Below are positions 11,752 to 22,856 of a stretch of 64,000 nucleotides of DNA, piece after piece. Made by a program: the position numbers and the translations under genes. Origin of the DNA: Rhynchopus sp. YZ270_cl-10 (lineage: Eukaryota); contig OZ037834.1 of the NCBI GenBank assembly GCA_964035575.1, positions 558,001 to 622,000 of the forward strand. The letters are read 5' to 3'. Every line of letters starts with the position of its first letter. The stretch's first letter is position 1. Below the pieces are notes generated by a model. That model was not told the origin of the DNA and did not search any database. It saw nothing but the letters and a program-made list of their open reading frames with translations.

Positions 11752-14373
11752 ATGTCTGGTGGTCATGCTCTTTGTTACTCATCTGCAATAGCGAGAGAAG
11801 CTGTGAGGAAGCTGGAGACAGAGATGGCCAATCTGAGTCAGAACATACTGGATGAGATCCGGAAGTTGGTGACTGAAGTAACACACATCGGAGGGGACAT
11901 CGCTTCGGCCGAATGCGGTGCATATGAAGGTGTTAGCGTGTCAGCAACAGCGCTCGCTGCCGAGATCGCCAAGCTCAAGAAGGAGGAGAAGGTATGTCAT
12001 TTGCTTTTCGCACCTATTTTTTATAGGTACACTGTTCACGAGAGGGCTTGTATTTCAAGTCTACTTTTATTTGATCATTCACAACCTGTGTGTGTGTTGG
12101 AGTTGCAAAGTAGGCAGTGGAGAATGCACAGTGTGGTGGTGGTCGTACATTTATTTTGCACACACTTACAGAGAGTTGAGGGATATCTAAAGATCGAACG
12201 CAGGATCGTGGGGATTGTGATGGCGATGGAAGCTCAACTGCAGCCATTTGATCTTGATGAATTTGCGAAGAAGACGATTTCGCCATATGAACCAAACACC
12301 TACATTGCGAAAAAGCGCATTGGGCGTGATGGGTTTAACAAGAGGTTGGTCTCCACTGTGGATGAACTCAAGGTGGGAATGACGATGCAAGACACAAGAG
12401 CACTGGTGTTGGCGTGTGGATCTGGAGTTGGGAAGACGTTTGGCACATCAACAGCACGACAGGGCTTTCAACAGCAAGAGATGGAGAATGGGGGCAAGAA
12501 GCGTTATGAACCGGTTGTGGCATACATCGGATTCAACTGCCAGTCGGTACTGTCCTGTGGTGAAGAATCCTTTCTCGGAGATAAGACCATCGATGGAGAA
12601 AGTTGCGTCAAGGTACTTGTCTTGTCCCGCTTGTTTGGTTGGCTCAATGGGTACAAGCAGCTACAGAGCGAGAAGCAGCAACTGGGCCCAACAGTTCTTG
12701 ACATTCCAGACTCGGACGTGCAGATGCAGTTCATACTTGGAGAATTCTGGAACAGTCAGATGCTCAGATATGAACAACTGATGACCAAAGAAGAGCTCAA
12801 GCGCGTGAATGTGGACGACATAACCACAAGTGTGAAGGAGATGCTCGAGGATCTTGGGAAACAAACCCCTGGCCTTGTGTTGATTGTCGTCGTGGACGAG
12901 GGTCAGGAACTGGACGAGAGTCGTAAGGATGGCGCACGGTTTGCTCTGAGGTGCTTGCGAGAGCTCCAAAGGGATATGATGGGTGTGAAGGAGGCAGTGA
13001 GAGTGCTTCCTGTATGCACGGGAATCAACCCACAGACCCACCTCAGTGATGCAAGAGAAGGCAAAAATATTTCACTCAGCACACGCGAGGAGGCTTTGCT
13101 GAGCCAGGAAGAGTTTTGTCAGCTTGTTTCTGATGCATGCAAGGAAGTTTCCGAAGTGTCGGAATATGACATCCGTTTCTTTGCAGCATGCGCATGGCCA
13201 CGAGCGAGACCGGTTATGTGGATGCAACAGGGGAACGACTTCACCATGTGTTCGGATTCTTCAGTTTCCTGTTGGGAGAAAGGGATGGATGTTCGGCGGG
13301 TTCTTCAGGCAGCCGCAGATGGCACGCCTCTCGAGAGAGACGAAGTGCCTGTCAACATGGTCCGTCTTGTGGATCAGAAGGGGAGGCAATATCCGTTGAT
13401 TGACTACAGTGTGCTTAAGAGCACTGCGAGCAAGTTGGGACTTTCAGATTCCTTCGTTTCTCCTGGCAAGGTGAAGCTGCAGCAACTTACACACGATTGT
13501 CACGGCTTCGAGGCTATTGCCTTCCGAACTGTGGCTCTTTTCCTGTACTTCTTCTATCACAATAGGAAAAACAACGACTTCTTGCCAACACAAAAAAGCA
13601 CAGAGCCACTCCGGAAATGGTGTCCACCTTCTGTGCAGAGGGTTGTGTGTGTGCAGAAACTGGATCGCTCACAGACACAGTCTCATCCCTTCAACAGTCA
13701 AGGCTCCGAGGACTGCAAAGAACTCAGCACAAAATTTTTTGACTCGCTTGAGAAACTCAAGAACACCGGCGACACGATTCTGCTGCATTGCGGTGGATCG
13801 GCAGCGATGGACTTCATTTTGGTGACGTTGGAGAAGGGCAAGACACTGCACATCCGTTACGCAGATGCGAAGTTCAAGCAAGACCCAACCAATGATGGTG
13901 GTAATATGACCCAGATGACCGAGATGCTCACGAAGGCGAAGAAGGTCCACAAAGCACTACGTAAATATCTCAAGGAGCCCAAGAATCTCAAGAAATTCAG
14001 AAATCTCAAGGAATGCAGTCTGGCTCGATGGAACGACGATAACTTCCTTCTCATCACCAACTCCCAGATGGAAGGTGACTGTGTGATGAGTCCTCTGACG
14101 ACAACGTGGGAACCTATGACTACACTTCTGTACCGTAGTACTGGAACTGAAGAGGCGGATGAAGGGGATGGAGGTGCTGGTTCACAAACGCAACTGAGGA
14201 AGCGGAAGCCGAAGCGGAAGCGGGCAGATGTGGAGACAGTGGAGACAGAGTCAGACCAGAAGCGCCGAACAAAAAAAAAAAGAGTATATGGCAGCGTCCG
14301 CGAAAGACCCCCCCCTAAAGCTAACATCCATGCTTATTGGTATTTCACTAATTATAATTTTGGTATTTTATAA
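11752..14373 (+). CDS. P-loop NTPase + C-terminal PD-(D/E)xK-like protein (Crinkler/RHS-type), copy 1; exons 11752-11991 and 12172-14373
   Basis: Walker A GSGVGKT (~12418), Walker B LIVVVDEGQ (~12880), MDFILV...IRYADAK (~13807-13872); GT-AG intron 11992-12171; the 3' end runs into the element at 14290. Confidence 0.75.
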   Translation: MSGGHALCYSSAIAREAVRKLETEMANLSQNILDEIRKLVTEVTHIGGDIASAECGAYEGVSVSATALAAEIAKLKKEEKVCHLLFAPIFYRYTVHERACISSLLLFDHSQPVCVLELQSRQWRMHSVVVVVHLFCTHLQRVEGYLKIERRIVGIVMAMEAQLQPFDLDEFAKKTISPYEPNTYIAKKRIGRDGFNKRLVSTVDELKVGMTMQDTRALVLACGSGVGKTFGTSTARQGFQQQEMENGGKKRYEPVVAYIGFNCQSVLSCGEESFLGDKTIDGESCVKVLVLSRLFGWLNGYKQLQSEKQQLGPTVLDIPDSDVQMQFILGEFWNSQMLRYEQLMTKEELKRVNVDDITTSVKEMLEDLGKQTPGLVLIVVVDEGQELDESRKDGARFALRCLRELQRDMMGVKEAVRVLPVCTGINPQTHLSDAREGKNISLSTREEALLSQEEFCQLVSDACKEVSEVSEYDIRFFAACAWPRARPVMWMQQGNDFTMCSDSSVSCWEKGMDVRRVLQAAADGTPLERDEVPVNMVRLVDQKGRQYPLIDYSVLKSTASKLGLSDSFVSPGKVKLQQLTHDCHGFEAIAFRTVALFLYFFYHNRKNNDFLPTQKSTEPLRKWCPPSVQRVVCVQKLDRSQTQSHPFNSQGSEDCKELSTKFFDSLEKLKNTGDTILLHCGGSAAMDFILVTLEKGKTLHIRYADAKFKQDPTNDGGNMTQMTEMLTKAKKVHKALRKYLKEPKNLKKFRNLKECSLARWNDDNFLLITNSQMEGDCVMSPLTTTWEPMTTLLYRSTGTEEADEGDGGAGSQTQLRKRKPKRKRADVETVETESDQKRRTKKKRVYGSVRERPPPKANIHAYWYFTNYNFGIL

Positions 14374-15338
14374 GATTTTTTTTTTAAATGAACTCAGAGT
14401 TAAGTTTCTGAGTTCATTTAAAAAAAAATCGGTGAAAAATTCCGAGTAGGTATTAATTTAAATAGGAAAAGCTATGTCAACAGCTATGTGTCCCCTTATT
14501 TTACCTGTGAATACTAAGGATATAGGAAGGAATTCACTAATATCTGTCTCTAAACCCATTATCAAAAAGGGGGGGGAGGAAAGGGGGGTGGAGGCTTGTC
14601 GCCCCCTCCGAACACTCTAAATAGAGTGCGAAAGAGCTTCACGATCCGGGTCGTCTGCGGCGATGTCGACTTTCTCGCAGAAACCCCCCTTTTTTGAGTG
14701 ACCCTATTGACCTCTGTGATGAGTCTCTCCAAGAGTTACAGACAATTGTCCTCCTGTTCCTCCTGTTCCTCCTCCGTCTCGCTCTCATTGTCCTCCTGGG
14801 GTGCCGGTGATGCAACTACAGGAGTAGTAAACGGCGGACACCCCTTTTCTCCTGGTGGTTCTCTTCTGCATATGGAGAGACATATGCTTCGAGCTCCACA
14901 CCTCGCGCATCCAGCTCCTCGCGTCCCACCCTTTGTCCCCCTGCCAGTGAACCCCTGCATACACCTGCAGCTCGGCGAAGTTTTTTAGGCCTCGGAAAGG
15001 CCGGGTTTTCAGCTCCTGAGCGAATGCTTTGGCTGCTGATTCCATTTCCCCCTGTTGTGTTGTTCTGTGGGTGGTTATATGGGTGTTTGTGAGGATTTCC
15101 TTGTATATCCTTAGTATTTACAGGTAAAATAAGGGGACACATAGCTGTTGACATAGCTTTTCCTATCTAAATTAATACCTACTCGGAATTTTTCACCGAT
15201 TTTTTTTTTAATGAACTCAGAAACTTAACTCTGAGTTCATTTTAAAAAAAAATCTTATAAAATACCAAAATTTTAATTAGTGAAATACCAATAAGCATGG
15301 ATGTTAGCTTTAGGGGGGGGTCTTTCGCGGACGCTCCC
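14290..15338. mobile_element. Non-autonomous DNA transposon with ~240-bp TIRs, TSD ATAT (or TA)
   Basis: 14290-14525 is the reverse complement of ~15103-15338; an empty version of the flank (AAAGAGTATATGTAACAACAACCAAAACAAAAGAAAG) occurs at ~18191-18227. Confidence 0.92.
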
Positions 15339-15624
15339 ATATGTAACAACAACCAAAACAAAAGAAAGCTCCCTCAGGAAGTAGGCAGCGTCTCTGTGGA
15401 TGTGTGTCTGGCAGTATGAGCAGATGAGGGGGGGGGGGGGGGGGGGGGGTATTTTAAATGGTGTTTTATTCTTGCAATGGCCAGGAGCGTAGCTATATTT
15501 GGGGATATTTTGGAAAAAAATATGAAATCGGGCTGGAAATTTATTTTTCTTGAGGGGGTTTGTTGGTATGAACTGAGGGTGTTTTTGAGGTGCTTGTTCT
15601 GCGAAGCGAGCTACAAAAAAAACT

Positions 15625-17859
15625 GAGAAAAGTTCGATTTCGGCCTCGAAAATTACCGTGACACCGATTTGTCACGGAATTTTGTCACGGAATTTTTTTG
15701 AAAGATTCGATTTCGTGACAAAAAAAAATCGATTTCGTGACAAACCAATTTTTTCATTGACACACAAAATTCGATTTCGTGACAAACCGATTTTTTCATT
15801 GACAAAAAAAAATTCGATTTCGTGACAAATCCAAAAATTCAGTGACAAAAAAATGTCAATGAAAAAATGGATTTTGTCAAGGAAACCGAACTTTTTGTCA
15901 CGGAAAAAGTCGTGACAGAAATGGATTTTGTCAAGGAAACCAAACTTTTTGTCACGGAAAAAGTCGTGACAGGGCACTGGGTACTGGGTACACTGGATAC
16001 AAGGATAAAAGTCGTGAAAGAGCAACCACAGCTCCACATGACAAACACAAAAGTGTCCAGTCACGTGGGGCATTCATGCACTGAGGAGATAATGATCCAA
16101 CAATTTACAAGAAAGATTACTTAACCTACTGCTGGAAATTGCCAGGTCGTAGTAACACACAAAGTGTGCCTCCGTTCGGGAAGACCGGATATTCTAGAGA
16201 CCAAAAAGGCCTCAAGAATATCTTCCGGTAGTCAAGGTATAACCGAATGAACGGCCCAAGACCCCCGTGGAGAAGTTAAATGTGTAATGCTATCAGGTAG
16301 AAACTGCGAACACTGTCTTACCCTCCTCAATGCATGGTGGAAGATGTCTTTGACAACAAATATCCTGTACCCAGGTACCAGGTTCCCAGACCCACGTAGT
16401 ACCACGTCGCAGTACTACGCAAAATTTACCACCAGACCCTGTCTTCGTGCACCTTAAGTACAACGCCGCAGACAGGCCAAACATGCGTTGGACTCAGAGG
16501 AATGCCTGCTGTGCAGTGTATCAAACATGAGAACCAACTCCCAGCAACAAGGGGCGCCTTTTGGCGGGCGTTGTTGAGGGTGTTTGGGGTGCAAAGTTTT
16601 CCACAATTTTGATGCGCGGGTACAGAAGTGTTATCTTGTTCTTTCATCTCTAGGAATGTAAATGTCAATCGCGTTTAACTACCACTAGGGCTTGTTCAGT
16701 GAACCCACGAGGGGTCGAAGGGGGTTGGTTATCCCATATCTATCAAAGGTTGTGTCGACCAGGCGAATCCACTATGTTACGCTGTATGATGATAAATCCG
16801 AAGAAATAACAGTGCATAGCAACTGCAGGAAGTTTGTTAAAAAGAGTGCCTCACGCTACACAAACCACCACCCGCGATTGACTTAGATGTTATAACAAAG
16901 AGAATTCAGAACAAAACAACACCCTGCCCCATACACACTAAATTGTCATGCTTCAAGAGCATGCCTGGGCCAAAATTACTATGACGAAAAGGCAACAAGA
17001 CCACCCACAAGGAGTGTGAATTGTGCACTGGTTTTCTGGGGGAACAAACAATATTTTCTTGTGTCTAGTCCTCCGGAAGCAGAGGACAGACTTTCCGGAA
17101 GGTTTCCAAAGTCGAATTTCTTGCACTAGCTATGCTCCCTGGTTAATGGCTATAGCAGTGACTGACAAAGTGTTCCCACCCCCCTTTCCACCACCATAAT
17201 AACCGAACTCTGCTTATCAAACCACAATCTGAATCTGCTTCCGTCGCATGCGCTGGTGGATTCGATCTGTTTTGGTGTGTGTAATGGAATGTATGGGTGA
17301 GGGTTGGGGTATTAGGTATAGAAACGTGCGCACCCATTAATTTTTTACCGAATGAAAATGAAATCTGCAATGAGTGTCTGCTGCATATCATTTAGTGGGG
17401 CTGGCCTCTGGCCAGAGGCGTGCAAGCCTGACCGTGTTCGCGATATACTAAGTCTTGCATAATCATAAAGTTATCATACCTTGTGTCTTCAGTCTCTGCC
17501 CTTCGGTTTCTAGACAGCTCAAGAATGGCCTCTTTTGTGTTTGTCAAGTGGCTGTCTGGTCACTTTTCAGTGACTGGCGGGTTGGCTGTCACGACTTTTT
17601 CCTTGACAAATTCCATTTTTTTCAATGACATTTTTTTGTCAATGAAAAAATGGATTTGTCACGAAATCGAATTTTTTTTTGTCAATGAAAAAAGTCATTT
17701 GTCACTAAATTGAATTTTGTGTGTCAATGAAAAAATCGGCTTGTCACGAAATCGATTTTTTTTTGTCACGAAATCGAATCTTTCAAAAAAATTCCGTGAC
17801 AAAGTACCGTGACAAATCGGTGTCACGGGTATTTTCGAGGCCGAAATCGAACTTTTCTC
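15625..17859. mobile_element. Mutator/foldback-like element with long modular TIRs and 9-bp TSD
   Basis: GAGAAAAGTTCGATTTCGGCCTCGAAAA... / ...TTTTCGAGGCCGAAATCGAACTTTTCTC; AAAAAAACT at 15616-15624 and 17860-17868; TIRs built from GTGACA/TGTCAC subrepeats. Confidence 0.92.
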
Positions 17860-18572
17860 AAAAAAACTTGACCCAAACCAATCTCACCCGGGCCTTGCTA
17901 CCCTGGGCATCCAATGATCCTCGTTCGTTACCTGGCGAGTGGAGGTGGGAGGAGGACGTAGTAGCGGTATCCACGAAACGAGAGATAGGTGAGGAAAGGC
18001 TGCGTGGAGTTCACACGAGAAAAAAAAGGAGAGTGGAGATTGCACAACTGTAGCAACACAAACGGAGGCAACTGCACACTACTCCAACAGTTTATCAACA
18101 AAAAAAAAGCGAGGTGTCAAGACACGTTATCAATTATTCAAATAAAAAAATCACGTATTTCCAGTCTTACGTGATTGTCGATACAACAAAAAAGAGTATA
18201 TGTAACAACAACCAAAACAAAAGAAAGTACTCGAAGAGAATAAGAAATGCAGGAAAAGTAGCCACCGAGAAAAAAAAAACAAAGAGATTTTTGACAAAAA
18301 GGGGGCAATACAATGCGGGTGTGCAAGCAAAGTAAGGTAATGAGGTATGGAGGGGTATGAAAGTGACAAGGACACCACGAAGCGGTGCACGGACAGCGGA
18401 GGTGTCCTTGTGTTGGAATGAGGGAAGAGAAAGTGAACCCAAGGCAGACAAGACTTCAACAGGATGCAATGAAGTGATCGAAACGGGGCAAGAACAGAAA
18501 GTGCAAGGTTGTGAACGTGATGTGCTGCAGAAGTAAGTGTGTTGGGAATGATAAGGTAGTGATCAAGCGCTA

Positions 18573-18863
18573 CATGACGTGGTCCAGGACCAATTTCACT
18601 TGTCATGGTAAGTGAAATTGATGACAACTGGTCACTTGACATGACAAGTGATTTACTTAAGGAATGCATGTAAGCTCATGATTTCCCCCACCGTAAGACC
18701 CACGAGACCGACCCATTAGAGTCGCTCTTAAGCTTGCGCCTGGTCTTAAGAGGAGTGATGCATAGCACCCCACCTATAAACCCATTCCCCTAAGTAATCA
18801 CTTGTCATGACAAGTGATTTACATGTCATTTCACTTTGTCAGGTGCCTCTGGACCACGTCGTG
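18573..18863. mobile_element. TA-flanked MITE
   Basis: TA|CATGACGTGGTCCAG ... CTGGACCACGTCGTG|TA; internal CACTTGTCATGACAAGTG palindromes. Confidence 0.7.
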
Positions 18864-19513
18864 TAGGTAGTGTTGTAAGGCAAATATCCGATGTTAACCT
18901 CGAAATGGATTGTAGGACTGCATGGTTGGGAGTCCACCCCCCACGGTGCACCCAGTCATGTTGCAAGCTACACTGTTCACAAGAAGACTGTTGTATTTCA
19001 ATTTAACTTTCTTTCACCCCTCACATTTGCGTCTGCTGGTGTGTCCGATAAGGCGTTAGCACTTCCATCCCCTTTTTTTCTTATTCTTGAGGAACTGAAC
19101 TGCTGTCAATCAGCTACAGTGATTAGCTTCCAAAAAAAAATTATAATATCACAAAAAAAAAGGGACGAAGTTAGTTTTTGGCTGAACAACCATACCAGGG
19201 GTGTCATTTAGTCTTTTTTTTTACATACGTAACATCACGGCCTCTTTCCCTTTCTACCTGACAACGTAGCAAAAGGTAACATTCCCCTGAAGAAGCTCCC
19301 CTCACTTGGAGTGGCAAATACATATAATACATGATATGTAGCGTTTTTTTTTTTTTTTTTTGTATCGTACGTATTTTTCGCGATACGTGGGGGGTAGTCA
19401 CGTATTTGCCACCACAGCCCCACTCCCTATTCAAAATTTTTCCCAGAGACCACAGACCTTTACACATTGTTTCCCCCTCTTTTTCCCCCTCCCCTCTTTA
19501 TTTCCCAAAAAGT

Positions 19514-20419
19514 ATGGACGAAGCCTCAAGCGATGTAGCCGAGGTTGTCACCAAAACGCTTGTGGAGTACCAATGCACCATTCTGAGCGACACGTTTGAT
19601 GTTATGGTGCAAATTGTCATGGGCGCGTCTGCGATAGCGCTGTTGATTGCGAAGTGGCGCTGCTGTGAGAAGGTGCCTCGGAGCTTTTGGTTCTTCTTTG
19701 CCGACAATTCTAAACAGTGTGCCGGGTTTTTTATTGCACATCTCGGAAATTTGGTGATGTCACAACTCCTCGAGTCCGATGCGTCACCGTGTGTCTGGTA
19801 CGTGGTCAATATATTCTTTGATTCTACACTAAGGGTCGCTATGGCATATGCTGTTTTGAGAGTCGTTATGTCATATTTTCGGAAAAAGGGTTACCACGAT
19901 CTGGTCTTTGGCGAATACCGTGAATGGGATGAATACACTCGAAGCGAGGCGTTCTGTATATGGTGGAAACAGTCGTGGATTTGGGTTGCAATTGTAGCGT
20001 GCACACGCGCTGTGTTGGGGATGTTGTTTTGGGCATTTGAACAGCCACTTTCCGATGCGGGTACCTGGGTGCTCAGCCCTCTTGAAGATTATACCGCTAC
20101 CCACGGCCATGACCTTGAACTCATCATCGTGATGGTCATTATCCCCTTCTCCCTCATCGCCTTCCAGCTCTGGGTGCAAGACTCCTTCCTCCAAGCGGAT
20201 GCAGAAGGGCGAGGCGGATGTCTCTCGCGGGTCTGCCCCTGCTGTTGCACAACCTCCGTTGAATACACAAGACAGGCCAGTACTCTTGAAGAAGGGGAAA
20301 CCGAAGAAGGAAATGAAGACTGCGGACAAAAGAGGAACGTAAACGTGGTGAGCCCCTCTGAGGCCTCGTTGGCGTGTCAGTCTTCGGTGCAGGAAGGTAG
20401 GTTAGGGGATTTTGTGTAA
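19514..20419 (+). CDS. STIMATE/TMEM110-like multi-pass membrane protein
   Basis: KWR.CEKVPRSFWFFFADNSKQ, HLGNL, PCVWYVVN.FFDST, FGEY, WWKQ, ELIIVMVIIP...QLWVQDSFL motifs. Confidence 0.85.
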   Translation: MDEASSDVAEVVTKTLVEYQCTILSDTFDVMVQIVMGASAIALLIAKWRCCEKVPRSFWFFFADNSKQCAGFFIAHLGNLVMSQLLESDASPCVWYVVNIFFDSTLRVAMAYAVLRVVMSYFRKKGYHDLVFGEYREWDEYTRSEAFCIWWKQSWIWVAIVACTRAVLGMLFWAFEQPLSDAGTWVLSPLEDYTATHGHDLELIIVMVIIPFSLIAFQLWVQDSFLQADAEGRGGCLSRVCPCCCTTSVEYTRQASTLEEGETEEGNEDCGQKRNVNVVSPSEASLACQSSVQEGRLGDFV

Positions 20420-20450
20420 ATCTGCTGTTTTTTTTTTCTGCGAACAATAC

Positions 20451-21210
20451 TGGGATGATCTATGAACGGGGAGAGGTTTTTTTTTTTAGCTCTCAGTAAG
20501 CTCCAGGGTAGTAGCTTGAAAGGTGCACTTTTCAAATGTTGCTGGTTTGCTGGTTTAGAAAAAAAAATTTCCCCAGTTGAAAGCGGTCGTCGCGCGCTTC
20601 GCGCGCGCCTCCCTGACAGCCAGAGTGGAGAGGTACAGGGTTAGGTTTGCGAGACAAAGAAAACGGGATATAATCCTTTGTTAACGGAGCTTGGTCTTGC
20701 ACCTTACGTTCCACTAACCGTATAAAATCAATACGTCTTCCAGAAGCAGGGGCTGTTGCAACGGTGGGTCATTTTGAAAAAACGGTCAACTTTTTGCAGC
20801 TTTGGACAAATTGCATTTTGTTTGGCTGCAAAATGCAAGGGAATCCCTTTAGACATTGTAAACTCTATTTTTTTGCGGAGCAAAAAAATAATATCAAGTG
20901 GCGCCGCAGGCGAAAAAAAATTAGGGTATGGTGCAAAAAATGTAGCTTTTTACACCACAGAGTCACTCAATGCACCCTTTTTAGGGGTTCGCTTACGTGG
21001 GAGGCTTTCTTCTGTGAGGAAAGTGGTGCAGGGGGGAGGCGAAAAACTGAATCCCGAATCCCACTTTTTTTTTTTATTTTTCCCCAAACCAGTAAACCAG
21101 CTCGTTCTGGTTTTGAAACCAGCAAAAGTACCCAAGCTATTTCCCTGGTAAGCTCCCACAGGCTCTCACAGCCTGTTACGTGTCTCACGGAGACGGTCAT
21201 AGATCACCCA
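20451..21210. mobile_element. Probable non-autonomous TIR element
   Basis: TGGGATGATCTATGAACG vs CGGTCATAGATCACCCA; shares the GCGCCGCAGGCGAAAAAAA and GCGCGCTTCGCGCGC modules (opposite orientation) with 43133-43649; no clear TSD. Confidence 0.5.
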
Positions 21211-21666
21211 AATCCAATGTAAAAATATTGTGTGGAATGAGAGAGAGAGAGAGAGACCTTTGCGCTGTGAAAATAATTTTTCTTTTGGGTGAAAAGGCCG
21301 ATGTACATAATACACACAAAAAAATGGTCATATTTGACTTTCACTCTTTGTCTTTTAATTGTGGAAGTTAATGGGGTTTTTTTGCTACCATTTGTCTCTG
21401 TGGATAAAACTCCGATTATTTTGTTCAACAATATTTTTGTCAAAAAATATAAGGGTGGTGGAAAGAGGAGGGTTTTCGCTATGTTGGCTGTGGTCGAAGG
21501 TTGCATGTTGTGCCGTAAAGACTTTGTTAAGACTTGGTCGGGTGGTTTTTTTTTTCGCCACTCATATTTAATTGCGACCCCCTTTTTACCTTGTGTGAGT
21601 TTGTGAGGCGTGTGTATCTCAGATTAGTTTACGTAGGGTGGGCACCTGACATAGCGACCTTTAACT

Positions 21667-21710
21667 ACCCGTCTTGAAACACGGACCAAGGAGTCTAACA
21701 CGTGTGCAAG
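21667..21710 (+). pseudogene. Second isolated 28S rRNA fragment (conserved block after D2)
   Basis: ACCCGTCTTGAAACACGGACCAAGGAGTCTAAC is a conserved eukaryotic LSU block; true limits may extend a few tens of bp. Confidence 0.9.
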
Positions 21711-22856
21711 GCTTAAGGTGTGCGCTTCGATCGTGCCAAATGTTCACGAGACCTCATTTTGAATTTCTTAAAGAAAGGATTGCATTGCGCGGGGAAGTGC
21801 GGGGTGGGTTTCTTGTATCCATACGTGACTATCTTCCCTCCCTCCAAATATGTTTTTTTTTTTGGATGTAAACCACCAAATGGATGCAGGACTGCATGGT
21901 TGGGGTGTCATGGTTGAGCTGTACCAATTAACCACAACATTGCTTCAGTTTAACACGATTTTTTTACCTTTTTGTTTTCCGGCTTTGAGCACACAAACAA
22001 AAACCCTCTTCAATACACTGTGTTGTTTCTTTCAAAGATGTGGCATGCACTGTGGAGCATGTTCATCTTCTTTTTTTCAACTTTTTCCCTTTTTTTCTGT
22101 CGGTTCCATTTCTTCTTTGTTCATCTTCGTACCTAATATCAAAAGAATTGATTGAAGATCTCTCCCCCTATTATTTCCCTTCCTTTCCCTGCGACCCTTT
22201 TCATCCACCGCATTTCGAGCATTTTCATGAACGCCCGGCATTTGCGCAAGGGGTCCTTACCTTATGAGCAGTCCTAATACTCTTTGTCGTCCGCAAAAGC
22301 CAGACTGTGCACGAAGTGCCATTCTTCCACTTGGTCACTTTCCTCTTTGAGGTAGTGGTCTCCCAGGATCCTGCCCTGATGGCATCGACCTGATCCCCCC
22401 CGCGTGAGACCCCCCTCCCCTCACCCTTTTGTATTTCGGGATAAAATTTCAAACCTCCCCTCTCATGGATTAAATTGTCGTCTCAGCTCAATACAGTAAC
22501 GTACCCTGTGTTAACGACCCTTGGTCATGCTGCAAAAATAAACAAAAAAAAAGTACAAAATAAAGTGGCAAAGCCAATAAACAAAACTGGTACCCCAGAA
22601 ATAAAAAAAAAAATACCAAGTATGCATCAACTACGCACTAAGTACGCAATATGGGTCGTCAGGGCACCAAAAACAAAACAAAACAAAACAAACTTTCAAA
22701 CTCCCCCTCACCCTCACAAAAAACAACCAGGTGGCTTGGGACCACAACCCCCTCCTCCACCCACACACAAGGAGAGGTGCCAGACCCCCCTCTCTTCATT
22801 CCCTTTTTTGGGGGATTTTTTTTTTTTTTGTTTTTTGTTTTAAATTTTAACTTACA

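Noticed and set aside
10818..21710. Functional (fragmented) rRNA locus
   Set aside because: Only two pieces under 100 bp, in reverse order relative to the LSU gene, separated by protein genes, one with a substitution in the conserved GTAACTATGAC
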